Shown: positions 1 through 13,752 of the stretch, piece after piece
How positions within the stretch are numbered: the stretch's first letter is position 1
Layout: each line of letters starts with the position of its first letter
From: Antedon mediterranea
Lineage: Eukaryota; Animalia; Echinodermata
Length of the DNA stretch: 64,000 nt
Direction of reading: 5' to 3'
Assembly (NCBI RefSeq): GCF_964355755.1
Contig: NC_092672.1
Span: 8,866,001 to 8,930,000 of the forward strand
Notes under the pieces: model-generated
Database searches by the model: none
Told to the model about the DNA's origin: nothing
What the model saw: the letters and a program-made list of their open reading frames with translations, nothing else
Position numbers and translations under genes: made by a program

Positions 1-1660
1 ATTCACTCAAGAAATGATACCGTTTTAATGCTAAGTTGTACATTAAAGGCCAATGGTAGCAAAATGTCTTTTTAAAGATTCTACGAAAAATCAAAATAAT
101 ATTAAAAGATAGATCGAAGTAATAAATAAATCAATCACTATAAATATTTAGTTTTATAAACATTGGTTTTAAAATATTCATTTTGGGTTAGACTAAAATA
201 AACCATCAGAGTGAAATATAATTGTCATAAAAATAATTGATTGTTAAAAAATGTCTCGCTGTAAAACTTAAAGGAAGAAAATGCACCTGCCCTAATGGTT
301 GATTTAACTTTTAAAACAAACATTTTCTTTACATTTAGACTGAACATAATTCAATAGATTAGTTTCAAATTTTTTAAACTGAAACTTTATATTCAAATAG
401 TAATCTTTTGATTGACAGATATTGGAATTGGCGGGAAACCACAAAAGAATGAAAAATCAGACGACAGTAAATGTAACATTAACTCACATGAAATCAATAT
501 CACTATTTGGTACAATCGCGTTGGTTTTAGAATGATACTTTACTGGATATATACAAGAACAATGGTAAATGCACCCATGATGATTTATAGGAATTCAAAG
601 TCCGGACCTATTACGGGGATTAAAACAGCTCTAACTGAACGTCAAATTCACTCTTTTATACGGACTCTTAATGTTGCTAATTTGCATTAAATAGTGCTAA
701 CTAATAGACATAGGATAATTATAGTAGTTCATAATTAAGTATAATGGACACTCAGGCATCAAATGGCTTCAATGTCCATGGTGATTCTTGATACATGTTT
801 AATGGTAATTAGAGCTTAAATTCTAGTTTTTCAAGAAACCCTGTTTACGAATAATAAGGGTAATTAGACTCAACGCAGCATCTTTTAAATGAACACGTCA
901 GTGGAGTAAATATTTTAATTAAGTTAATTACGCTTCAAATTAAGTTCAGCAAATGTGTTACGGGTTCTATTTTTCCATTCACCTCTAATTAGGCTATTTA
1001 GCATCATTTGATGACGCTATAAATAGGACCATCAGAATGATAAATTATTGTATAAAATTAGATAATAATGTTGAAAAATAATGCTTTATAAATAGAATAT
1101 TTTAGTAGCAGTTATGTAAACAAAATGTTACATTAGTTATGGTGGGATTGAGAACATTATGTTGTTTAAAAGAATTTTATTTTATGATATTTCAACAATC
1201 ACATTCACAGGATTATCATGAACTCCGCACGATTCCATAAATACATGTTTGCAAATACCGTTTATGAATCTTTTTAAGGACATTCAAGCGAATTATTTCA
1301 CTGATCCTTTTCAAAGTTGGCAATCATATTTACACGACAAACTTATTGAAAGATGCTCTACATAAAGACATTTTTTTTGGGGTTGAGTGTTTTGTTTTGT
1401 TTTTCACGATGAACATTTTATTTACCCATTCACATTTAGGTTAGGTAGAAACCCTTAGCATTTCAAAATTCTCTTATCTAAGCTAATACCACACACGGGA
1501 CATATTTATTGAATAACATATTGGATATTTAATTAAAGTGTATTTTAGGGAAACATTTAGCTTAAGTGTTATTGGTGAATATGGTGAATACGGCGACTGG
1601 TACAGGATCTGAACACAGTACCATGGAATCAAACAAAGTATACAATATTCGGTTACTTAC

Positions 1661-3109
1661 CACATAACTTTTCTGATGTAGAGTATCATTAAATTGTTTG
1701 CCGTCTGTATAATTTTGAAGTTTCACAAATCTTCGACCAGGACTACTATGCGGTGTTGCCTTTTGGGTGGATTCGGTTACTGCTGCACTTGAATTCATAA
1801 CCGTCAGTGGGACAGTTTGAGCAGAACTATCCGCCTTTAGAATTTCGGCAACAGGACACTTTGGTTTGTTTTCAACGGCGTCATTTTCTGCACGTATACT
1901 TTCTTTTTCTGCTTTTTTCAAGCTGTTATTATCATCTCCAGTTATGTTTGCGCTGGTTGTTGTATTATAAATTTCTCTCTCGGTTTTGAAATCTTCAGTG
2001 TCAGTAATCCGTCCGTTTTCAAAACTTTCTAATTCAACTCTTTTTTCTGAAACTTGAAGATCCTTAGGTCGACAGCAAAGCAAGCCGTTCATCTGTGGTG
2101 GTTGTTCAGGGTGTTTGGTATTTTCAATCTGGGTGGTTTGACATCCTCCACTTTCTGTGTTACACATTTCTGTTCCATGACATCTAGTGATGGTTTCGTT
2201 GTCAAATTGGCTAGAATTGTCATTTGGAACTATAACCTGTTCTGGCCACTGTAGTCCTTTAGAGTTTTCAATGACATTGGAAACACGTTCAGACGATGGA
2301 GATAACACCATTTCATCTTCGTCTGGATACAACATATTGCCATAGATGTCTTCATGAACTGGTACTTCGTAGATTTCACGTGGAACAACACCATTCCAAG
2401 CAAGTACAGTTTCCGTATCTCGATCGGCATAACCATCATAAAATTCGTCTGCACGAGGTCTCCATCGGACAGGGCTTGATATTCGTCTTCGAACTGGTGA
2501 CTGACTGGAAAATCGACGACGTGGGTTCCGCAAAGGACTAGCATGTGGGGATGATGTGGTTCGATAGTGCAATCCAACAGGAGAATTAGCTGATCTATTT
2601 GTTGGAGAGTTACCATTCTCTATTCCTGTAGGATAATTTCTCGACCATGTATTTATTTTGATACCTTTATCATCTAATGTTCCATTTTGATGATTTTTTG
2701 AAGACTGTACCGATATATCACTAATCTTTCTGGTTGGTGTAGTACCGGATTCAATTGAATCAGTATAGCGAATAACTCGAATCGCACCATCAGTACCAAC
2801 GACATTCTCAATACGAGTTATGTACCCATCTGGTCCTCGCAAAACGAGAACACACGGAGATCCATAAGGAACGCTTCTAAGAACTTCCAAAGCGGTATTA
2901 TATGGAATATCGACTAAATGAACACCATTTACTGCAATTAAAATATCACCAATGTGCATTAATCCAGACTGCTCTGCAGCACCTCCTCTTACGAGATCAG
3001 AGACGACAAGCGGTGGGTTGGTTTTCCGTTTACGCACTAGAAATCCAAGACCGAAAGGATGCCGTTTAACAAGCCGAACAGAAAACGTATTCTTTTCGTT
3101 TTCACTCAT
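1661..3109 (-). CDS. NOS1: Neuronal-type (PDZ-containing) nitric oxide synthase, first coding exon (483 codons); the gene continues beyond the window start
   Basis: N-terminus FSVRLVKRHPFGLGFLV...VVSDLVRGGAAEQSGLMHIGDILIAVNG...VLVLRGPDGY matches the nNOS PDZ domain. The end RFVKLQNYTDGKQFNDTLHQKS matches the start of the NOS oxygenase domain. Donor GTG|GTAAGT at 1661/1660 is phase 0, so ORF residues after SYV are intronic. Confidence 0.93.
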
Positions 3110-3492
3110 GGTAAATTTAAAGCTTCAAATTTAGAATTAAAAAACTCGTTGCTTATCTACCAGTTCTTTCCCGTTCACAATCAACTATCATCGCGATAAA
3201 CAGTTGCTAATAATCTTTTCTCCTAACTTTCTCAACTGTCTTAGAACTCGACAACTTGCACACTCGACAGTTGTTGTGTAAATGAAGAAGAAATTTCAGA
3301 GTGCGCTCTCACAGATGAAAATTAGAAGCGTGGTAACTTACACGACGTCAATATTCGTGGGGAAATTTCTCCGACCATCAGATATCGATCGTTTTTGCAA
3401 CATTCTACTGAAAACTTATCCAAGTGATGCATGACAAGCTGAATCATCTACTCATATGAAATAATATGAGCTTAATTACTCTCCAAAGAGAT
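3110..3492 (-). other. Probable 5' UTR part of the NOS start-codon exon
   Basis: Minus-strand acceptor ctattcacattttcag| ends at 3493. Vertebrate NOS1 also has its ATG inside a large exon 2. No transcript evidence. Confidence 0.5.
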
Positions 3493-6400
3493 CTGAAAAT
3501 GTGAATAGACAGGATTATGAGAACAGAAAAATGAAATCAATGAATATCTATTGGTGGCGCTATTTCTTAATAAAGGCACTGTAAATAATTACACACACAG
3601 TGAATTGTGAACAGACAGTACAGGCGGGTTAATACTGATGTTTTAATTGTTATTAGGATATCAACATTTTTAAAAAGTTGACTGCTTTAAGGGATGAGAT
3701 TGTGATCTCACTTTCACATCGTATTTCTTAATAGTAGTGTGCAGTGTCTCCCCTTTGTAAGAGGTGTTCCGTATTTTCATTTCATTTGCTTCTATCGACA
3801 CGACACAGTAGAATGTGTTACTAACGACTACAGGTCTATCAAGTCGCTGATTACTGCTTTCAATATTAAGACGCCTAAACGCTATATGTTTTTACAAATT
3901 TAAATGATATCACAAAACTATTTAAACTTAGTACAATATCCAAAAAAGAATATAAACGCCCTCCCTTGATATTACCTTTGGTGAAATTGATTTGAAATGC
4001 TAACTATGTAGGCGTTATTGATCACCGAACAGACAACATAAAGCTGAATTGTGATGTTGTTTAACGAGAATTTAATGCCAATGGTAGGGATATGGTATTG
4101 ATTGTGTTTAAGAAAGATAAACATAGGCTTGTTAGATAAAATACTTAACGGATGGACATGGGTCAAAGTTCAAGATTCAATATATTTAAATAAAAAAATT
4201 TGCGAGGCTTCGTTTGGTACATTATCACAAAACAATAGGAAATTTGAAATTGTTTCTTTCAATAATTAAAGCTATCATATCAGAATAAAAGATATTAGCA
4301 TGTTCATCATAAGAATAGCACCTGTCTATGAATAAAAAAATAAACACTTTAAGCAGGAGAGAAAGTTACCGAAATAACTCCACCAAAAAAAAAACTGTTT
4401 TGCATTATATTTTAGGCTACTTTCTTTACACTTCTTTAATGTGCACCGTTTTTTTATTTTAGACGGAAAAATATCAGATACACTTGTTCGAGTTTCAACT
4501 CGTTTTTTTAAGGTTTAAAACAAATCAAATTGCTACATGTCAAATGTTAAAATCTCTTATATACACTTCATTTTATTAATGCATGTCATACATCAATATG
4601 TAAACTAAATCATTAACACTGTTCCGATACATTTAAAAGTGGAAAACCGAAACGAACCGGAGGTGAGCGTTCCGTTGCCGGGATACCGATGTGTGTTGTG
4701 ATTTCAGGAATTAACCAAACGCATAATACACACTCTTTAATGATTGTTTGAGGTCAGAACAAACACCATATGTAATATCAAGACTAATATTATAAGTCAC
4801 GATGAAGAATCATTTAATTAATATGTCTCAAACTTGACGTAATTGTTTCTCCATAGAGATTGGAATCCCGTCGTAACGGTCATTGAACATTGAGTGCACG
4901 GTAAACGTGTGTGGTGGCCTTTACCCATATTACCCATAACTTGTAATACTTCAACGATAGGTCTATATTTAGGAGGATTTCAAAACCTTAAGACAATTAG
5001 GGTAGACAAATATGAGCAGAATGTTTGTATCATGATTATGAAAAAGTTAGGTCAATTAACTCAAAGCAATAGAGTTTTTTTGTTTGGTAAATACCTGTTA
5101 ATGAATGGTCCTGTTGTTTAGAGAGCCTACTCTATTGTTAACTTCCTCCATTGACAGATGATTATCTAGTCAGATTATTTCTCACTTGTTAATGGCTATA
5201 TTAGTCCTAATTAGATTTAGTCATGGAGTAGTGTAACAGTTTTGACTAATCCACTGTTTTTTATTGTTTATTATTCTTGTATTATTTATCTTGCTATTAT
5301 TGAATATTATGTTATATTGAATTGAGTTGGTAGTTCTGACGTAGTATATAATAGAGTGAGCGAGTGGAACTACAGTAATCGATTACAACTTCACCTTTTT
5401 GCAAAACATTTTCTCAGTACATAAAATTACGTCATTTATATTTAATCACCTCAGTGTGAACGTAGTTTTAAAATACCATCCGTATCCGACAACGAAATAT
5501 TACCAACACTAAAAAACACTGTAATATTGTTATGTTTTAAAAGTAAAATACATTCAACTTTCCGACTTCTTCCAACGATACAAGTTGTACGCGGCATTAG
5601 GTAAACAGTGCATGTGTTTTATTGGTTAATGTTGTATTATGTGCTGTTTAAAATTAGTTCTATTGTACTGTAAAATTATATTTAATGATTTTATGTACGA
5701 CACCCTTAAGCTGGTAAATGTTTTTAAAAACCCGTAGTAGTTTATAACTTTTACTCCGCTAACTCCGCTGTTAGTCTATCTCACGCCTAGACCATTAAAT
5801 TATGGAAGAAATGGATTAATATTGAATAACAGTATAATTGTGCTATAACAAAACAATTGCAATAGGTACAAGCGTGATTGTGCTTTTCAACTATGTACCT
5901 GCTCGTTAAATAGAACAATCAATTTAATTTATGAAAATATTCTCCACATCTCAAAAACATTCATTATTTGTATAAGATTCAAGCTAGATATTAATCATGT
6001 ACTGACAAATCCAACATGAAGATTAGGCTTGTGTGTTCTAAAACGCGTCAATATGCATTCGTCGAAATGATTTCTAAACAACGCTGAAGAGCTACTATAA
6101 GTTTGTTTTTTAAAACATCTTATTGTAGACTTGCTTTAGTATCAGAAAAGCTGACAAGGGCACTGGATGAAATGAACAAGTAGAGCAAGACGAGTTATGT
6201 CCGTTTTTATTATAATAATAACAAAGACATTATTGAATTTGATCTTTTACACGCTTCAAAACTAGTTACACGTACTTCTTTGAAATGAAATAGAACGAAA
6301 ATCATACAAAAACACACGATATCAGCTGATGGAATTTCAACAGAGAATCAATTACAGAAAAAAGGGCGTGACAGATTATTGATGGAACGAGGCCGCGGCC

Positions 6401-9397
6401 CAAAATTGGGCAAGAGAACAATATGAACAAGATCCCGGTATGTTTTTAAAGATCAATCGAAATTAAATTTCTTCTTAACAATAATTGTCCTATTCCAATC
6501 TTTGAAGAAATTGGTATATGTCTATTGACTAAAATTACGATACTTGTACTTTGGACACAACACTGTTGTATTACACAAGGAAAGGAGGAGCACAATTGTT
6601 CTTTTCTCTTTTTTTTCATAGGCCTAGGTCGTATTTGCTCGTAGTCAGGGATGTGGGTTTGACCGCATAGACGTGTCATTATCTCGTTCATCAACTCACT
6701 ACAATATTAATAACTCTCATCATTCACCATAATCGGTGTGTTTACAACAAAAGCCGTGGAAGCGTAGACGTGTTTACACAGCTTTTTATTATGCTAACAT
6801 ATGAAACTCTATATCGAATACTTTATCGATAATGAAATGTATTGATCGCAGAAGGTTTGATGCTGATTAAATTAAGACGATGCTTACTATGGTAAGTAGG
6901 TTCGAGCAAGCAGACGTGTGACTGTAAGTCACCTCGATAATTGTTGGCGGGTTTCTGGTATAATTTACAACGTCACATTCCACAATTAATTATCAATCTC
7001 AAGAAATAGTCGAACATGTAATGTGTGTCGTGGGTAAATCATGGAGAAATTAACTCATCAATAATGACAAGAAGAAAACATTCACAAGTTATAGGCTAAT
7101 AACATCTGAATTGAAATTGAGTTTCTTGGAGCGTTTTGAAGTTTGGTAAAAATAAAATTCGGTTCGATACACGAAAAGTTTGAAACTAAGCCAGAATAAG
7201 CGTCATATCAAAGCGCAGCTCGCTGCTACTAGACTCAATTTCAAGTTTATGTATATTATTTCGTAACAACTTCTAAAACAAATATGAACTATAAAGTAGG
7301 GCTATGTATGTATTTGGTAACAACTTCTAAAACAAGTATGAACTAAATCTTAGGCCTAATACTTTGTCCAATTATTATTTTTCATAGTATGACGTAAATT
7401 TGAGGACTTTGTAAAGTATTTTGAACTTGGTAACTTGTTTTCTTACGATGGAGGTTAAATCTACTCTAATCTACAACACATTAACGGAACACCTATTAAC
7501 TAACCGTTGAGGAGGAACGAAGCGATTTTCCAATCTCGGTGGTTTACATCTATAAATAATTCAATTAGTTTCGCCAAACGTGTCTCATTTACCACTATTC
7601 GTTCACAGTGCTTCCAATGAGAGCTATTTAACCGAAATGACATTAATAGTGGAGATATTTTCGTCTGTAGAGTACAGGATTTGAAAGATTGGGAATGAAA
7701 TTAATTAGTATCTGGCTTTGTAGAGCTGAGTATATCCTTCGACAAATTTCATAATTTTAAATAATAAATTAAAAAATTATAGAAATATATCATTACATAA
7801 CCGAAGCCAAAGTTTGTCGCGTTGCATTACACAAGTTCAAATGTTGATAAAAGCGTAACGGTTTCTGTACGCGAATTAAGTGGCTTTCTGCACATGCGCA
7901 TCATGTAGATTTCAGTATCACGCTCATGACGCGTGTTTTAAGCGCATACAGTACACGCGAAATGAAGGGGTTTTCTGTACATTAAGTGTATTTAAGTGTA
8001 GCACGGAATAGTGTCGAAAATGATTTCGGATGTTTTTGTATTATTTTTCAATAAGGCTATCACTCATTAGATTACACTTATTTAATGGGCTCTCATCCTT
8101 AGATATCACCATAACTTAACTAAAGCAAGTAGGAGTGATTGATTGTTTCTGACGGGCCTTCTTATTTTCGGTGCTTAAAGCAGTCATTCTACCAATTTTC
8201 ATACACATTATATTATAATCAATCACAAGGTGTACGTGCATCACCATAGCACTTGTCTATTAATTATACACAAACTGATTGGCTCCGAATGGTAGAGTTT
8301 AATAATCTAGCTTTTATTCGCCTATACCGTACTATGTTATGGGTCAAATTATTTATTTAGCAAATACATTCATAAATATTTAATTGCATTTGTTTAATCT
8401 CTATACAATTTACATTAAGAACAAACATTTTCAACAATCTCGTTCTTTTGTTTTTCTGCTCAGCAAAAACCAAGACAATTCGTTAGTTGCTAGTCTACCA
8501 AAACAATTACTTTAGAACAACTGATTAAACCAACTGGTAATTGTCTTCTATGATGTTGACTTCTATATATTCTCCTAAGGAGAAAACATGCATTTCAAAC
8601 AAACAGTTTTCAGTTGAAGATAAGAAAATAAAAATAAAATAATCTAACAAATTATATTTTTTGTTAAGTTCTTATATACCTTGGCAGAGATCCTGGCCTC
8701 CAACTACCGGCATGCGTGAATAAAGACTTTTAAATCGTTTTAGACATTAAACATAGACCTACATTAGTGAGTGATTGCAAACGAAAATGTGGTTCGTATC
8801 GTACTTAGATGAAAGTCACACAGAGTGACAAATGTCATTTACTGTTACAAGAGAGGACAAAATAAAGAAGATTAATTGAAGTTAACATTTTGTGGAAATT
8901 AAAAAGAAAAAAAAAGCAGAATATGCCAATTATGTGTCTGTACATGAATAAAGATAATAAATTATGACGTTATTTTAATGGAAATATGTCAATTGGTGTT
9001 AGAGTTAAACGAACAATTGTTTGTATTCGATTAAAACAGCATCGTACTAAAAACAAGTCCAAACATTTAATACGTCTATAACTCTCCTAAAAATACAATA
9101 GAACACACTATTAAAAGGGGAAACCTTCGTGATCCCAAAAAAAGGGCTTGTTGACATGTCCACTTTCTGTCTTTACACAATCAATGTTTTTACGGACAGG
9201 TACAAATGGAAAACAAGGTTAAGAACAATAATCATTTTATTTATAATCTGTTGCGTCATCCTTAAGAAGTTGGTGCTAAATATAATTTATTGCGTGCCTA
9301 AAGAGTAGATTAGTATAATACACTCAGCGAAGATAATTCAACGAATTACGAATGAATGCAGTCAGAGGAAAATATCATTACTACTTAGTTCACATCG

Positions 9398-12300
9398 ATC
9401 GTTCCACACTTACTGGCACATTTCTATCGTTCCACACCTACTGGCACATTTCTATCGTTCCACACTTACTGGCACATTTCTATCGTTCCACACTTACTGG
9501 CACATTTCTATCGTTCCACACTTACAGGCACATTTCTATCGTTCCACACTTACTGCCACATTTCTATTGTACCACACTTACTGCCACATTTCTATCGTTC
9601 CACACCTACTGCCACATTTCTATCGTACCACACTTATTGGCACATTTCTATCGTACCACACTTACTGGCACATTTCTATCGTTCCACACTTACTGGCACA
9701 TTTCTATCGTTCAACACTTACTGGCACATTTCTATCGTTCCATACTTACTGGCACATTTCTATCGTTCAACACTTACTGCCACATTTCTATCGTGCCACA
9801 TTTACTGGCACATTTCTATCGTTCCACACTTACTGCCACATTTCTATCGTACCACACTTACTGGCACATTTCTATCGTACCACACTTACTGCCACATTTC
9901 TATCGTTCCACACATACTGCCACATTTCTATCGTACCACACTTACTGGCACATTTTTATCGTTCCACAATTACTGGCACATTTCTATCGTTCCACACTTA
10001 CTGCCACATTTCTGTCGTTCCACACTTATTTGCACATTTCTATCGTTCCACACCTACTGCCACATTTCTATCGTTCCACACTTATTTGCACATTTCTATC
10101 GTTCCACACTTACTGGCACAGTTCTATCGTTCAACACTTACTGGCACATTTCTATCGTTCCACACTTACTGGCACAGTTCTATCGTTCCACACTTACTGC
10201 CACATTTCTATCGTACCACACTTACTGGCACATTTCTATCGTTCCACACTTACTGGCACATTTCTATCGTTCCACACTTACTGGCACATTTCTATCGTTC
10301 CACTCTTACTGCCACATTTCTATCGTTCCACAGTTACTGGCACAGTTCTATCGTTCCACACTTACTGGCACATTTCTATCGTTCCACACTTACTGGCACA
10401 TTTCTATCGTTCCACACTTACTGGCACATTTCTATCGTTCCACACTTACTGCCACATTTCTATCGTTCCACACTTACTGGCACAGTTCTATCGTTCCACA
10501 CTTACTGGCACATTTCTATCGTTCCACACTTACTGCCACATTTCTATCGTACCACACTTACTGGCACATTTCTATCGTTCCACACTTACTGGCACATTTC
10601 TATCGTTCCACACTTACTGCCACATTTCTATCGTTCCACACTTACTGGCACATTTCTATCGTTCCACACTTACTGCCACATTTCTATCGTTCCACACTTA
10701 CTGGCACAGTTCTATCGTTCCACACTTACTGGCACATTTCTATCGTTCCACACTTACTGCCACATTTCTATCGTACCACACTTACTGGCACATTTCTATC
10801 GTTCCACACTTACTGGCACAGTTCTATCGTTCCACACTTACTGCTACATTTCTATCGTACCACACTTACTGGCACATTTCTATCGTACCACACTTACTGC
10901 CACATTTCTATCGTTCCACACTTACTGCCACATTTCTATCGTACCACACTTACTGGCACATTTTTATCGTTCCACAATTACTGGCACATTTCTATCGTTC
11001 CACACTTACTGCCACATTTCTATTGTACCACACTTACTGCCACATTTCTATCGTTCCACACCTACTGCCACATTTCTATCGTACCACACTTATTGGCACA
11101 TTTCTATCGTTCCACACTTACTGGCACATTTCTTTCGTTCCACACTTACTGGCACATTTCTATCGTTCAACACTTACTGCCACATTTCTATCGTACCACA
11201 CTTACTGGCACATTTCTATCGTTCCACACTTACTGGCACATTTCTATCGTTCAACACTTACTGGCACATTTCTATCGTTCCATACTTACTGGCACATTTC
11301 TATCGTTCAACACTTACTGCCACATTTCTATCGTGCCACATTTACTGGCACATTTCTATCGTTCCACACTTACTGCCACATTTCTATCGTACCACACTTA
11401 CTGGCACATTTCTATCGTACCACACTTACTGCCACATTTCTATCGTTCCACACATACTGCCACATTTCTATCGTACCACACTTACTGGCACATTTTTATC
11501 GTTCCACAATTACTGGCACATTTCTATCGTTCCACACTTACTGCCACATTTCTGTCGTTCCACACTTATTTGCACATTTCTATCGTTCCACACCTACTGC
11601 CACATTTCTATCGTTCCACACTTATTTGCACATTTCTATCGTTCCACACTTACTGGCACAGTTCTATCGTTCAACACTTACTGGCACATTTCTATCGTTC
11701 CACACTTACTGGCACAGTTCTATCGTTCCACACTTACTGCCACATTTCTATCGTACCACACTTACTGGCACATTTCTATCGTTCCACACTTACTGGCACA
11801 TTTCTATCGTTCCACACTTACTGGCACATTTCTATCGTTCCACTCTTACTGCCACATTTCTATCGTTCCACAGTTACTGGCACAGTTCTATCGTTCCACA
11901 CTTACTGGCACATTTCTATCGTTCCACACTTACTGGCACATTTCTATCGTTCCACACTTACTGGCACATTTCTATCGTTCCACACTTACTGCCACATTTC
12001 TATCGTTCCACACTTACTGGCACAGTTCTATCGTTCCACACTTACTGGCACATTTCTATCGTTCCACACTTACTGCCACATTTCTATCGTACCACACTTA
12101 CTGGCACATTTCTATCGTTCCACACTTACTGGCACATTTCTATCGTTCCACACTTACTGCCACATTTCTATCGTTCCACACTTACTGGCACATTTCTATC
12201 GTTCCACACTTACTGCCACATTTCTATCGTTCCACACTTACTGGCACAGTTCTATCGTTCCACACTTACTGGCACATTTCTATCGTTCCACACTTACTGC

Positions 12301-13752
12301 CACATTTCTATCGTACCACACTTACTGGCACATTTCTATCGTTCCACACTTACTGGCACAGTTCTATCGTTCCACACTTACTGCTACATTTCTATCGTAC
12401 CACACTTACTGGCACATTTCTATCGTACCACACTTACTGCCACATTTCTATCGTTCCACACTTACTGCCACATTTCTATCGTACCACACTTACTGGCACA
12501 TTTTTATCGTTCCACAATTACTGGCACATTTCTATCGTTCCACACTTACTGCCACATTTCTGTCGTTCCACACTTATTTGCACATTTCTATCGTTCCACA
12601 CCTACTGCCACATTTCTATTGTTCCACACTTATTTGCACAGTTCTATCGTTCCACACTTACTGGCACAGTTCTATCGTTCAACACTTACTGGCACATTTC
12701 TATCGTTCCACACTTACTGGCACATTTCTATCGTTCCACACTTACTGCCACATTTCTATCGTTCCACACTTACTGGCACAGTTCTATCGTTCCACACTTA
12801 CTGGCACATTTCTATCGTTCCACACTTACTGCCACATTTCTATCGTACCACACTTACTGGCACATTTCTATCGTTCCACACTTACTGGCACAGTTCTATC
12901 GTTCCACACTTACTGCCACATTTCTATCGTACCACACTTACTGGCACATTTCTATCGTACCACACTTACTGCCACATTTCTATCGTTCCACACTTACTGC
13001 CACATTTCTATCGTACCACACTTACTGGCACATTTTTATCGTTCCACAATTACTGGCACATTTCTATCGTTCCACACTTACTGCCACATTTCTGTCGTTC
13101 CACACTTATTTGCAAATTTCTATCGTTCCACACCTACTGTCACATTTCTATCGTTCCACACTTATTTGCACATTTCTATCGTTCCACACTTACTGGCACA
13201 GTTCTATCGTTCAACACTTACTGGCACATTTCTATCGTTCCACACTTACTGGCACATTTCTATCGTTCCACACTTACTGCCACATTTCTATCGTTCCACA
13301 CTTACTGGCACAGTTCTATCGTTCCACACTTACTGGCACATTTCTATCGTTCCACACTTACTGGCACATTTCTATCGTTCCACACTTACTGGCACATTTC
13401 TATCGTTTCACTCTTACTGCCACATTTCTATCGTTCCACAGTTACTAGCACAGTTCTATCGTTCCACACTTACTGGCACATTTATATCGGTCCACACTTA
13501 CTGGCACATTTCTATCGTTCCACACTTACTGGCACATTTCTATCGTTCCACACTTACTGCCACATTTCTATCGTTCCACACTTACTGGCACAGTTCTATC
13601 GTTCCACACTTACTGGCACATTTCTATCGTTCCACACTTACTGCCACATTTCTATCGTACCACACTTACTGGCACATTTCTATCGTTCCACACTTACTGG
13701 CACAGTTCTATCGTTCCACACTTACTGGCACACTTATATCGTTCCACACTTA
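9398..13752. repeat. 28-bp minisatellite, about 155 copies, consensus TTTCTATCGTTCCACACTTACTGGCACA
   Basis: Direct head-to-tail units without spacers and with recurring single-base variants. Diverged copies trail to about 13930. Confidence 0.99.

Noticed and set aside
1562-1660. C-terminal 32 aa of the 515-aa ORF
   Set aside because: Lies past the GTAAGT donor at 1660. NOS homology stops there, so this is intron read-through.
7258-7345. Short direct repeat (gtaacaacttctaaaacaa.tatgaacta, two copies) and similar decayed repeats at about 21400-21730, 51020-51190 and 54500-54700
   Set aside because: Ordinary local slippage duplications with no further structure.
9398-13752. CRISPR array (28-bp repeat length)
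   Set aside because: Units are contiguous with no unique spacers, there are no cas genes, and the context is eukaryotic.
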